From: Rhizodiscina lignyota
Taxonomy: Eukaryota
Length of the DNA: 64,000 nucleotides
Assembly (NCBI GenBank): GCA_010015805.1
Contig: ML978125.1
Coordinates: 2,294,001-2,358,000, forward strand
Reading direction: 5' to 3'
The notes beneath the pieces were generated by a model. That model was not told the origin of the DNA and searched no databases. It was given only the letters and a program-made list of their open reading frames with translations. The translations under genes and the position numbers were made by a program. This document shows, one piece after another, positions 12,708-24,679 of the stretch; the first letter of the stretch is position 1; every line of letters starts with the position of its first letter.

Positions 12708-13295
12708 ATTGAATGAACCGTCGACAATACTCGGGACAATGTTTCGCTATGATGATACGAGAGTACTTTCACTAGAGATAAGAAGATTCTGAAGGTTACG
12801 CACCCGGTTTGAATTTGGATTGAGAGATCTGAAGATATAAAAAAGATACATATGAAGAGAACTAACCCCGCTTATCGGGGTGTAGAAATGACGTCCGCCG
12901 GTTCAACTGCGGATCTGCAAAAGCGGAAGCTAACCATCCAGCTCTTGTGCTTTATGCCCACGAAATTTCCCATACTCATATTGCATCTAGCTCCTTGACG
13001 GAAGGACAATTGGTGTTGAGCTATACCTTAATTTCAGCCACCAGGGTGGAAGATCACCTCCGCCGCGGACGATGCACCTCTCCGCCCCCCTTCCCGCGTG
13101 CCGAGACTTCACTCTTCTAGATGACGAGTTGACTGTCGCGTGAATAACTGAATTCAAAATCTGTGTTCCAGGTCTCTTCAGTCCAGAGATTAAATTGTGA
13201 GACGGATCTCAATCTTCTAATTTGACCTGTTGCTCGATGGGGAGCCGAGGCTTGGCAGGTTTGCTCCACGATCAAACAGTGCAATGTCTTCTTGT

Positions 13296-13345
13296 ACAGC
13301 ATGTTTCAATCACGAAGGGGTACCTCCGTGATTGAAACATGCTGT
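13296..13345. repeat. Perfect 19-bp inverted repeat with a 12-nt spacer
   Basis: acagcatgtttcaatcacg (13296-13314) is the exact reverse complement of cgtgattgaaacatgctgt (13327-13345). Confidence 0.95.
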
Positions 13346-13768
13346 GGAAGTCGCTGAAGGGCTTGCAGCTGATCATTTCACAAGAGTCGACACCGGCAAA
13401 ATCTTAGCTCCATTCAGCTGACGTGTGGCTTGGTGGAGTTTGAAAACGAAAAGGAAAGAACTCGTACCTGAACAATCCCGCCAAGGACGACCCCTTTTCC
13501 AATCTGCAACAGGTCCGATGTGCAGTTGTCGTCAAGAGCTGAAATCGTAGCAGAGGACCCTCTGCGCTTTAACTCGCCGACATCTTTCCTTAGCCCGCAT
13601 GTCCACGCCTCAATAGAGCCATATCGGGCCCTGACACGTTCGCCGCGTAGCAGATCACTGTGATTCACGGCAAGGACCCGGGATTGCGCTGTCTTGGCAC
13701 AATGGAGTATCGTACTGCGGAGTTCGAAAGCATGCAGTATGACAGATTACCATGAATAGCCTACGTGG

Positions 13769-13870
13769 ATAGCCTTCCACTGATATGTCTTCTCGGCCAT
13801 AGGAGCGGAATCTCCCATGAATAGCCTTTCAGTGAAATGTTTTCTCGACCACAGGAGCGGAATCTCCCAT
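13769..13870. repeat. Two-copy tandem duplication, period 52 bp
   Basis: 13769-13818 and 13821-13870 differ at 6 of 50 positions. Both end in aggagcggaatctcccat. Confidence 0.9.
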
Positions 13871-14056
13871 CCCTAACATGGCCCGCCCGCCAAAGCTCAC
13901 TTATCTGGCTTCTCCCAGGCTCAAAATCCCCTCTTCTTTGACGTCTCAAACCATGCCTTTTGAGTTCTTTCTTTAGCATTTCTTTGCTCTTTGTCATTCC
14001 TTACCTGATGATTTTGCTTGTTCACTCTTTTATATCACTCAAAAATTTGTAAGACA

Positions 14057-15467
14057 ATGATTTTGGATGGTAGATGGACAACGACTGGTCTCCGCGTCCG
14101 ACGGGCGAGGATGACCAGTTACACCATTGCCACAGCCTGTCTGTTACTCATTACATATCTATTTTTCTTCTGGGATAGTCTGCCGTCACTTCCCGAGAGG
14201 CTTAGAAGCGAGCACCTAACGGAACAGTATGTACGAATGAATTTACCTGCGTCGATTGACATCGCTCTCTGCTCAACCGACAACTGATCTCTGACTACAA
14301 TAGATTTCACCTTCCAGCAGTACCTCCACCACTCACTGAACAATGCGTCGACCCCTATCGTCGTCCTGGCTACCTCTTTGTCGACACAGAAAATGGCGAC
14401 TATAATGAAACGCGCTACATTCCCTACCCCTCCGATTTTCTCGATGTGGCCGATCCACCATCGGCGAAATATCCTTATGACGCCAAAGCCAATGGCGAGA
14501 TCTGGTTTGATGAAGACTCGAGGCCCGAAGACTCCTTCCTCAATCATCCATTCACCCCTACGCAGTGGATGAATTTAGCAATCGAGGAATCCCGCAGTCG
14601 CACCAGTGGCTTCGCAAAGGATGATCGACTGAGTTGGCTTGAAGGCCGCGTGGTCCTCTTCCTCAGCGACAGCGTCGATCGCTACAACATTGAATGGTTC
14701 TGCGACGAATTCCGCAAACGAGCTAATGACACAAAGGCCAAGTTCGGTGAGGGCAAGAAATCACATTCCATTGCCCAATGTTCCGTGCCGAGCCTCAATG
14801 TGACAATGCTCCACTGGCATCGCGGGAATGACGACGTATATGCCAAAGTGGTGGTGGGATAGAAAAAATATAAAGTACGTTCCGTTCGAAGCGCGCTGGG
14901 ATCATGTGTGGAGCAAGACCTTTGATGATCTGATCTCTATTGACGGCAGCGGTCCTGACCTTGTCATCTGGCAAGCCCTCTGTATGGGACCGCAAGAATT
15001 GGCTTGGTGTAGCGAAAGAGCATTATGGAGTAAACTCGAGCATGGCAACATTCGCAAGGCAGCTTGTGTGGGACGAGATACGGTTCTACGCAGCGCGTGC
15101 TGAAAAGTTGATTCGATTCTTGCAAGAGAAGCTAGGGAAAGACGTGCCAATGATGTTGAGGACGATCACGCTGGACAGGGATAAAATGGCTAAAGACGTT
15201 CAGCCATATGATATGGATAAACTAAACAGGTTGATTGGAGAAAAGCATGGCATTGAGGTGTTTGAATGGGGAAAGATTATCGCCGGACATGCGGATCTGT
15301 ACAAAGATAACCTGCACCCTGGGCACGGTGCCGCAAGCTGGCTGTGGTCTAATATGGTGCTGGAGTATCTGGCACGGGCGGTCGGCGCAGGTACAGAAGG
15401 CGGGGCGAGGAGAGAAAGGGAACCGTATTTCGACGGCTGGCAAATGTGCCACAAACAAAACATGTGA
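14057..15467 (+). pseudogene. Type II membrane SGNH/GDSL-fold protein resembling the Cryptococcus CAP64/CAS3 family; two apparent frameshifts
   Basis: N-terminal TM, an intron at 14227-14303, then CVDPYRRPGYL, LSWLEGRVVLFLSDSVDR..IEWFC, PDLVIWQ..VWD and YKDNLHPG (DxxH). The coding frame shifts at ~14820 and ~14977 without splice signals. Confidence 0.65.
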
Positions 15468-15917
15468 ACTAGACAGCGTCTGTCGACATCTTTGAAGAGG
15501 GCTATGTGAAGGTTAAAAACGTATGGAGAATTCCGTTCGATATTGCCTGAAGCTTCTTCAACGGGCGCCAACTTCGAGAAAATCCTGAGTTGCATACCAC
15601 CTGGCCACTAATACAACAGCATACTCGGTCTACCAACATCGCGGACATCGCAAATACCGCATAAGAACAACTCATCAGACACGTCGTCCTATTCATGGCT
15701 GTCCATTATGGCTCGAAGAACCTCATGCTTCACGATTTTTGTTTCTCAGCAATGAAGAGAAGGACCTGATAACTACTGTGACTTATTCTTTATGTTACTG
15801 TAAGAATGAGCACTGAAGCAGCTTGGTGTTCGAATTGTGACTTGTATTGGTCATGCAATTGTAAGATACATTCAAACTGGATCATATCATCTTCCCATAG
15901 ACTTTATTTATACACCG

Positions 15918-16958
15918 CTAATGCAGCTTCGGAAAGACTTTCTTAAACGACTCTCTCTTGTTCATGTTAGCCCACCACTCCTTTGTCTTAGGGCCAATCT
16001 TGAAGTCTGGCACCGACACCTGAATCAATCTCTCTAACGGACCAAAGTCGTCAATGGCAGTTGCGCCCGATCCCCACATTGCATGCGACAACCATGGCAC
16101 GATGTGGAGATCCGCGAGCGTGACCTGATCTCCAGCTGCGTACGGAAGCACCAGCGTCGCCTCTAGCTCATTCATGCCGTCTGCAAACTCGCTGAACGCG
16201 TGGTCACTATGCATGAAGAACTCTTCATGCTCCGGTCCAATGTCCGAATTGTACAGTTTGTGGATGGTGCCATTATCACGGGCTTTGGGGCCGTAGAACG
16301 GGTGCTGAGGATTTGCAGCACCATGTTCTTCGAGCTTCTGCTGACGTGCATTTATGAAGTCCTTGAATGAGCTGTTCTGCTTAGCCTTCATTTCTTCAGC
16401 GTTGCGGGCCTGGAGAAGTATCAGGTTTGTATGGACTTTGTCCGAGTGCACGAGGTCGAGCAACTTTTGCATCACCGCACGGTCGCAGCTATCCACGACA
16501 AGGGGCGGACCCTCTGGTCTTGAATTATCGAGGAACTTGAGAATATCGGTACTGTCTGTGAGCGGCTGGCTAAGCTTCGGCGCAACGATGGACGGGATGG
16601 CTTTTCGCACAGCAATCATTAGCGCAATATCTCTAACGTGAAAGAAGGATGCGCAAATTTTGCAAACGTACTTCCGTTCGGGTTGATTTTCAGATACTTG
16701 GGGTCAAAGTTTTCTGCTGTAGCTGTATTGGATGTCAGTCTGTGATCTCTATGCAAGAGCTTGGGTGAATATACACAGAGAGAGGTCCTTGATTTCGTAA
16801 TCATCCGGGGCATAACCCTTCTCTACAAGGCCGAGAAGTGGGACATTCGCCCACTGGGACTCAGGGGAAGAGTAAACAATGAACTGGATTCAGGCATATC
16901 AGCATATGAGTTGCATCTGGAGAAATTCTGATCTCACTTTTCCAGCAGTGTCATGCAT
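15918..16958 (-). CDS. Glutathione S-transferase-like protein, 4 exons
   Basis: Spliced reading MHDTAGK|FIVYSSPESQWANVPLLGLVEKGY...|TAENFDPKYLKINPNG|TIPSIV...LTDSTDILKFLD...PYAAGDQVTLADLHIVPWL. Confidence 0.85.
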
Positions 16959-18168
16959 CTTGCGGGAATTGCTGTGGGTGGTAAAGTTTGAATGCGGAAA
17001 GAACTCACCACGTCCTCAAGCTCCCATATATCCAATATCTCGAACCATACACTGTCTTTGACACATCTTCACCGAGCAGTATGCTACGGAAGCAAATTGC
17101 TTGACTATGCCTGTTGTGCATATCGTATGCAGGATAGTCTTGTTACGACCAATTGGAACGCCAGCGGTTTGGTAGCTTTCCGAATATGACACGAAATCTT
17201 GAAAACGGCCGGCAAGATTCCTAAGCTTTTTGCATGTTATGTAATGGCGAGCTCTCACATGTATAGAGAAATAATAGGTATACATCGAAAGCCAGACAAA
17301 TAGAGAAATATCTAGTGCACTGAAAAAGAAAGAGTGGCACCCTGTCCGCAACGACATAAGCATGATAAATCTTCCTAATCAATTGAGCTACACCTGCTTC
17401 GTGAATGATGCAGGAATCATGCTACCGGAGGATTGAAATATTGTCAGGCGAGATGTAAAGCAAGACGGTGAAACACGGCGGAAGACTCACTCCCCGTAGG
17501 CAAGCCGAGATTCTTTTTGTGCACTACTCAAAAGTGGCAGAGTGATCTGAAGTCGAAGCAAAATCCAGTAGAGGTATGAAGATGGAATGTCCAGTCGGTG
17601 AAATCGATGCGAATAAAAGAGTTGAGGACTCACCTCACATGAGGATTGTGCTTTGCTATGGATAACGGCGTCACTGTGAACGTCGTCCCACGCGGAAGAA
17701 GGGTGCTTTGCCAGGCTTGGACTCTCTTTTGGTTTTACGATGCTAAATTTCAGCACAGTGCCAGTAACGAAGAGGATGTTTTCGATAAAGTATATTGCTA
17801 CCGAGCGCGATGTGCTAAAGTGCAGGTAGTCGTGTAAAACGCGGTCACTTTGCGAGATCGCGACTCGGGCATGTTGTCGGCGCAAGCCTCAAAACGAGCT
17901 CACTCAGACGCTATTGCTGGCTAAGCAGCGGTGCTCCTAGCGCACGCAGACGTTTATTCCTGAGCCACATTGTGGAAGAAAATTGAGAAAAGGCCGGAAT
18001 GTAATGTCGGCGATTGGTGGCCTCTCAACCAGAATGTGACGAATGAAAGGCTGCCGGACCACAATCGCCCGAAGATCGCAAGATCGACGACGCTCAACAG
18101 TTCCGATGAGAGATATGCATATAAAGAGAGTTTCTACTGACTAGATAACTCTGGGACTCCAAATCGAC

Positions 18169-19038
18169 ATGGCTGACCTTTCGGATCTAGAAGTGTCGAG
18201 TCTCTTCAATGTCAAGGGATGGGTAGCAGTCGTGAGTGGCGGCGGAACTGGACTCGGCCTCGTAACAGCGAACGCGCTCGCGGTGAACGGCGTCAAGGTT
18301 TACATCACCGGCAGACGGGTTGAGAAGTTGAAAGATGCGGAAATGCAGCATCCTAGTGGAGGCTCCATCACGGGCCTGCAGATGGATGTCACGTCGAAAG
18401 AGAGCATTCGCGAGGTTGTCAAGTTTATCGAGAGCAAGGAGAAGTTTATCAATTTGCTGATCAACAATGCGGGCGTTTCGTCAGTAAACTACGGAGCAAA
18501 GGGGATGCCGAAGGGAGATGTCAGAGCGATTAGCGAGGAAATGATGAACAATCAAGATTTCGAGGACTGGACGTGGATCTACAAAGTCAACGTTGCGTCG
18601 TACTATTTCACTTCAGTAGCCTTTCTGCCGCTGCTTTGTGCGGCACGCGACCACGGCTATCCTGAAGCGGGCAACATACTCAACATCTCATCCATATCCG
18701 GAATCACAAAGGATAGTCAGAACGGACAGTTCTCGTACAATGCGTCAAAGGCGGCCACCATTAGCTTGACGGAACAGCTGGCGCATGACTTGAAAAGACC
18801 GGATCTGTTAGTGCGGGTGAACACGCTCGCGCCTGGATACTTTCCTTCCGAAATGACGCCAATTGCGAACGACGAGGGTCAGAAGCCGGAGTTTTTCAGG
18901 GAGAGATGGGGCACTCCATTTGGGCGAGCCGGAGAGTCTCGAGACTATGCGCAAGCGCTTCTGAACTTTGCGGTTAACCAGTTTGTTACTGGGAGTACGT
19001 TGATGATCGATGGTGGATTCATGCTAGCGCATGCATGA
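18169..19038 (+). CDS. Short-chain dehydrogenase/reductase, intronless
   Basis: SGGGTGLG, LINNAG, ISSISG, YNASK (YxxxK), RVNTLAPGYFPS, VTGSTLMIDGG. Confidence 0.95.
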   Translation: MADLSDLEVSSLFNVKGWVAVVSGGGTGLGLVTANALAVNGVKVYITGRRVEKLKDAEMQHPSGGSITGLQMDVTSKESIREVVKFIESKEKFINLLINNAGVSSVNYGAKGMPKGDVRAISEEMMNNQDFEDWTWIYKVNVASYYFTSVAFLPLLCAARDHGYPEAGNILNISSISGITKDSQNGQFSYNASKAATISLTEQLAHDLKRPDLLVRVNTLAPGYFPSEMTPIANDEGQKPEFFRERWGTPFGRAGESRDYAQALLNFAVNQFVTGSTLMIDGGFMLAHA

Positions 19039-19270
19039 AATGTCGAGATAAACCGGGCCTCTTCACGGGTGCAGTTAAAGGCGTGGCAGTCGAGACAATC
19101 AATGTATCCTTGTGGGAGTTTGCGTTGGTCGATTCGTGCAAACCGTTCTGCATAACAGAAATGAGGAGTAGCTGTTTTCGACAAGAATCTGAATCGGTCA
19201 ACTCCACAACACTGCCGAGACACAATAAGCTGTGCTATAGTTTGTCAGTCAATGAATGTTTTCGATTGAT

Positions 19271-20451
19271 TCAAAGCTCGTCAAAAATCTTTAAACGCTC
19301 TGGACTCTCTTCTAGTCTCCTTCCCGGTTCGTCGTACGGTGTGCTTCCTGCGTGACTCTTGCTCTTCTCTTCCTTGACGCGCTCGAGAATCTCCCTCACT
19401 GGTGGAGGAATCGATACCTCTGAGAGATTGACCGTACGTGACACTCGTTCCGCCGTCCCACCCACTGTACGTGCCGGCGATTTCACATGATGCACAATCA
19501 TGATGGTGAATATGAGTGCAATGAATGTCCCCAGTGTGCTCCACAAGATCCTATAGAACCTGCTCGTCTTTTCAGCCTCTTCGGCGTCCAATCTTTCCAC
19601 CAGTGCCACCCGGTCACGGCACTTGCTCAGTCGTTCGCTCATCTTCTCCGCTCTTTCCCTCCCTTTCTGTATCCGCTGCTCGAGGTCATCCACTTTCTCC
19701 TTCTGTTGCTCAAAGTTGCCAAATGCTTCTATCTGGCCTTCGATATCCTCTTGGAGCTCGTTGGACTCATCAACAAAGTCTTTATGAAGTTCTCTGGTCA
19801 GTGTTGAAAGCTCCTGAAGCGAGGAGATGGTACTGCGTAAGGTTGTCACTTTCTCGAGGATGGAGTAGTATATATCGTCTAGGCGGCGAGTTGTGGAGAG
19901 AGAATGATCGGAGAGGGTATGAAGCGTATTCAATAGTTCTCTGAGAAGATAATGTCAGTCATAGCCTTGTTCCAAGGCAGTCTATAGTGAAGTTGGGGAT
20001 CGTACTCGTCTCGGGCTTTGGCCTTCCACTTCTCCTTCTCCACATCTGCAGCGGTCACCAGCATCTGCCTCAACGCGGCTTTCTCTCCTATATCCATCTC
20101 ACCCTTACTACCTTGACGACTCGCTTGGACAGTAGAGTCAGGCGTCGAATCACTCCCGTTCTTCGGGTGTCCCTGTCTCGCTAGGTCTTGGAAGCCCGGA
20201 GGGATTGTAGAACCTATGGCATCTTTGATATGGTGATGCTGTTTATGTGACCGCACATGCGGGCGACGGTGGTGATGGTAGCCGGGAGGCTCCTCGACTG
20301 AGTGACGGTGTCGATTGAGCTTCTTCGAGCCGTGGGAGAGGGAGGAACTTTCGCGTTTGGAGTCCAGAATACTGCTCTCGCCTGCGGTTCTGGATCTGCG
20401 GAAGGCAGATTCAGAGTATTGAGAGTTGTATGGAATGTACATGCTCGACAT
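19271..20451 (-). CDS. Uncharacterised fungal coiled-coil protein with a near-C-terminal TM helix, 2 exons
   Basis: His-rich N-terminus, an intron at ~19941-20004, a heptad region (TTRRLDDIYYSILEK), TM ILWSTLGTFIALIFTIMIV, and the ending LKIFDEL. Confidence 0.75.
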
Positions 20452-20985
20452 AGTGAGTTGTGGTGGTGGTGTTGTTCACCGCGAAGCTCCAATGATGTAG
20501 TTAGATCAGACGCGCGGACACGTGCTGGGCGGCCTCAGGTCCATTTTTCATGGAACTTAGAAGCTTAATTATTGCGGGCCACACTAGAGCTTAAATGAAG
20601 TTCTGATATCATTATATCACATAATTTATCTTTAATGGCGTAATCGGACTTGTGGTGCATGCAATGACTACCATACCATCTATCCATCCTTGCCACTGCT
20701 AAGGCCGGTTTGAGGCGTACTCGTCCAATCTCTCTTCACTGCTAAGCGCACGATGTATTGCGCTTCAGAAGTGTCCATTTACTGGCACGGCGCATTCCCT
20801 TTCATTCCCTTCCCCAGGCCCCTTTCTTGTGTGCCCTGATATCAGTCTAGAGTTTCCAGCTTCCCAGCCTGTGCCATGTCCACTAGATCGATGCGATCCT
20901 CAACTCTAGGCATTGGGATTGCAACAGGTACGTATCGTGAAGTCTGCCTCCACGTCATCTAGGAGTCCATATTCCATCATATCCC

Positions 20986-21458
20986 TCAAGACTTGAGTAG
21001 TTTGTTCCTCTTTTCCCTCCTCTTCAATCTCTCTACTCGCTTCCGATGCATCTTCTCCGCCATCTTGTCATATCGTTCCTTTTCCTCCTTTGCAGCCCGC
21101 TTATCCTTGATGCCCTGTATCCGCCTCTATGCATGAATTAGCATCAGATTATACTACCGGCGCCGTATTTGCGTGCGGCAAGCGCAGAAATTGCTAAGCT
21201 CGTACCTGGCGCACTGCTTCCTTCTCTTCTTTCATCTCTTTTTCTTTTGTTTTCATCTCTTGCTGGGCCAATCGTTCCCTTTGTCGCTTTTCATAGGATG
21301 TCAAGCCAGCTGTTGGTCTGAAAGCGGCTTTAGGTTGGTGCCACTGTTTGCCTGTCAACTGGTTAGCCGGCGGTGAACAGCTGGGGAAAAGATGACGCAC
21401 CATTTCTTCTCATGCCCTGATTAGGAGCAGGAGTTGATGCTACAGTAGTGGTAGACAT
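20986..21458 (-). CDS. CGR1: rRNA-processing protein Cgr1, 3 exons
   Basis: Spliced reading MSTTT...[28 protein letters not shown]...[57 protein letters not shown]. Confidence 0.92.
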
Positions 21459-21877
21459 GATTGGTAAAGTGCTTCGGCGTTGAGTCTTCGGGCATGCGCA
21501 AGAACTTTAATCTGTCAGTCGGTGAAGGAATACATGGAAAATCGCTCGCTTGCGGTTAGATCCGGCGCTAAGATAACATAAGATAAGTCGCCATGACATC
21601 GCGCCTTTCGCGTGGAAAAACTTGACCGCAAATTTGCATCGTCCCAACCGCTATCCCTCCACTTAAGGCGAACTTATTTGCAACTGCCGTATCGCTGGCT
21701 TTCCCAGTCTATGCAAGATGAGGCCTTTGTAACCCTTTCATGCGTCTGAACAGTCACCCCCTCCGTGCTGTTACATTCACCGCCCAAGCGCTCCAAGCCT
21801 CCGATTACGGACGAACAATGGGTTCACGATAACAATTGCTTCCGTGGAGTGGTCCACAACTCTTCATCTCATCCACG

Positions 21878-23000
21878 ATGTCTCTCGATCTCCGCGACAC
21901 GTCTGTTGTCGGGGCCCCTGGGGCCGTTACCCCTCTACAATCCGCGCACGAGCCATCAAAAACATCCACAGTCGAAGTAGTATCGGAGCAAGGTGTCGAC
22001 GCCCTCAAAGATATAACGTTTGGCTCGATTGCGGGGGTCGTGGGAAAGTTTATTGAGTATCCTTTCGACACAGTTAAGGTCCGGCTACAATCTCAACCGG
22101 ATCATCTACCTCTGCGATATGCGGGTCCGCTGGACTGTTTCCAACAGAGCCTAAGACAGGATGGAGTACTAGGTATATATCGCGGCATTAGCGCGCCGCT
22201 ATTTGGTGCAGCTGTAGAGACTAGCAGCTTGTTCTTCAGTGTAAATTCTCTGTTAATATCGAGTATAGGGATTCAATTTACTAAAGCGTCTCTAGTACCG
22301 ACTCGCTCAACACATCCTCCAATCGACCATCCTTCCTGCAGACGAACCTCTCACTCTCCCTGCGCTTGTCGCGTGTGGGGGAGCCTCCGGCGCCTTCACC
22401 TCTCTCCTCCTCACACCAATCGAGCTAATCAAATGCAAGATGCAAGTTCCACTCGAGACCCAGTCACAGCGCATCACAGCACCAAGTGCATGGATGATCA
22501 TGAAATCTGTATACAGACACCAAGGTCCAGCCGGGTTCTGGCACGGTCAGCTTGGAACTTTAATTCGCGAAACTGGTGGCTCAGCGGCGTGGTTTGGAAG
22601 TTATGAAGGTGTGAGCCTCCTCTTCCGGAACCTGCGGGCGTCTTCCAAAACCAAATCAGCCATGGAACCCACGTCTACAAACTCAACGACAACATCTGTC
22701 TCGCCAATAAATGATGGCCCCCTTCCGATCTACCAACAGATGCTCGCTGGTGCAGCAGCTGGCATGTCGTACAATTTCATATTCTACCCCGCTGACACAA
22801 TCAAGTCTCGCATGCAGACTGAGGACGTGTCCAAGATGACAGGGGGCAGGAAGTCTTTTTGGGCCGTTAGTCAGGCGCTTTGGCAGCAGCATGGTCTGAA
22901 AGGGCTATATAGAGGATGTGGGATCACGGTTGGAAGAGCGGCGCCCAGCAGTGCGCTCATATTCACCGTGTATGAGGCGCTGAGGACTCGGTTTGCTTGA
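21878..23000 (+). CDS. ORT1: Mitochondrial ornithine carrier (Ort1/Arg-13/AmcA-like), 2 exons
   Basis: Three carrier motifs ([33 protein letters not shown]), plus [15 protein letters not shown]. Intron at ~22241-22294. Confidence 0.9.
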
Positions 23001-23600
23001 ATCCATGGCGGTTCATAACAATTTCCAGGGCATTTCAAAGAGGATTGATTTGCATTGTGCGGCGTCGTATTTCACCTTGGGCAAATAGATCGCGTGCGCA
23101 GGCTCTCTTCAAGGAAGGCAAACGACAACTTGTAAATACAATCGATATGTCGGCATATTTTCAAAAACAGACACTTAGATGGGCATGGCGAACAGTGCTG
23201 TAGTGGAGGAGCCGTGTGAAGTTGAAGTTAAGGTTCTTTCGTCTGTTCAAGCGCACATTCACATGTCTGATCAGATGCGTGACATCAGCGGCTCGCGCTA
23301 ATTTCCTTTCGCGGCGAGGCCGTGATTGGCCGCGTGAGCTTCCCGCCAGCCGAGGCAAGGAAGACGCCCGCAGCTGGCCGGTAAGAGGAGCTTTGCAGCA
23401 ATCAGCATCCACTCCGCCTACGAGCTGATCGTCTTCTTCATGTGATCATCTTGAACTTCAGATGCTGTCAAGACGAGCTGCACAGTTACTCTTTCCACCA
23501 AGAGCATGAAGAAGAGCTGAAGATAATCGCATTCCTCTGAAGCTCACACGCTCACCATCACCACCTCCGATCCCGAAACTGTCTCCCAATACTCGTCACC

Positions 23601-24512
23601 ATGGAGGTCTTAAAGCCTCTAGAGGTAATAACCTGCAATTGGTAGAAGCAAAACAAAGCACAATGACTGACAGTGCTGGTCTCAGGATGCGCTCGAGAAA
23701 ATCATCCTCAACCCCAAGTACCATGACGTCCTCACTCTCGTCAAGGGCGTCCGAAATGGCATTGTCTACGGCACCAAAATCCGCTTTCCCCATGCGCTCG
23801 TCATGATATTTCTCTTCCGCTCTGGCACGTACGTGCAATGACCCTTAAAGCCCCTCTCCTCTTCTCTAGATACTCACAGATCGTTCTTCTTCCAGATTAC
23901 GGCAAAAGGTCTACCTCATCCTCAAAGCCACGCGCCAGCATGCGCGCAACCTCGGCATGTTCGCCCTCGTTTACAAAGGCACAATGCTGCTGCTCCGCTC
24001 CGCCAGACCCTCCCATAAAGAAGGTCACTACGACACCTTCGTCGCTGGCTTGCTAGGCGGTTACACCGTCTTTGGCCGCTCACATTCCTCCGTCTCACAA
24101 CAAATCGTCATATACATCTTCGCAAGAGTATGTTTAGCGTATGCAAAGCTTGCGGTCCTGCCACGGGCGAATGGCAGCCTGATGGTAAGGGGAGCGGATC
24201 CCTATGGTGAAATAATGGGCGGGGGCAAGGAGGGAGGAGGTGGATGGGGCTTGATTCCAGATGAGAGGACGAGGGAGTTGGTGATGCAGAAGGCGTGGCC
24301 GGTTTTTGCGAGCTTGAGCTGGGCGTTTGTCATGTATGTCTTCAGATGGCATCCAGAGACTGTGCAGCCGAGCTTGAGGAGCAGCATGCACTACATGTGA
24401 GTATTCTCTCTTTAGACTGGTGAATGGAGACAGCGGGTGCTAATAAATTCACAGATATGTTCAATCGGACGATTGGGATTCGTTAAGAAATTTCCTTTGG
24501 CATAACAAGTAG
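23601..24512 (+). CDS. PXMP4: Peroxisomal membrane protein 4 (PXMP4/Pmp24, Tim17 family), 4 exons
   Basis: LVKGVRNGIVYGTKIRFPHALVMIFLFRSG, ATRQHARNL, QQIVIYIFARV, WPVFASLSWA, LRSSM.Y|IY..SDDWDSLRNFLWHNK*. Confidence 0.9.
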
Positions 24513-24679
24513 GATACCGTTCGGGACGAGGCATGATTAGACGCATTCATATGTATGACTGGGAAACCACGGTGTCCGTCAATTGCATTTCATGGCGTCA
24601 CATTGACTGTGCTAGACAGATATATGTCAGCTTTTCGTTCGTCTCAGTGCTGTTGCTAAGATTTCTTTTTGTATCGTGA

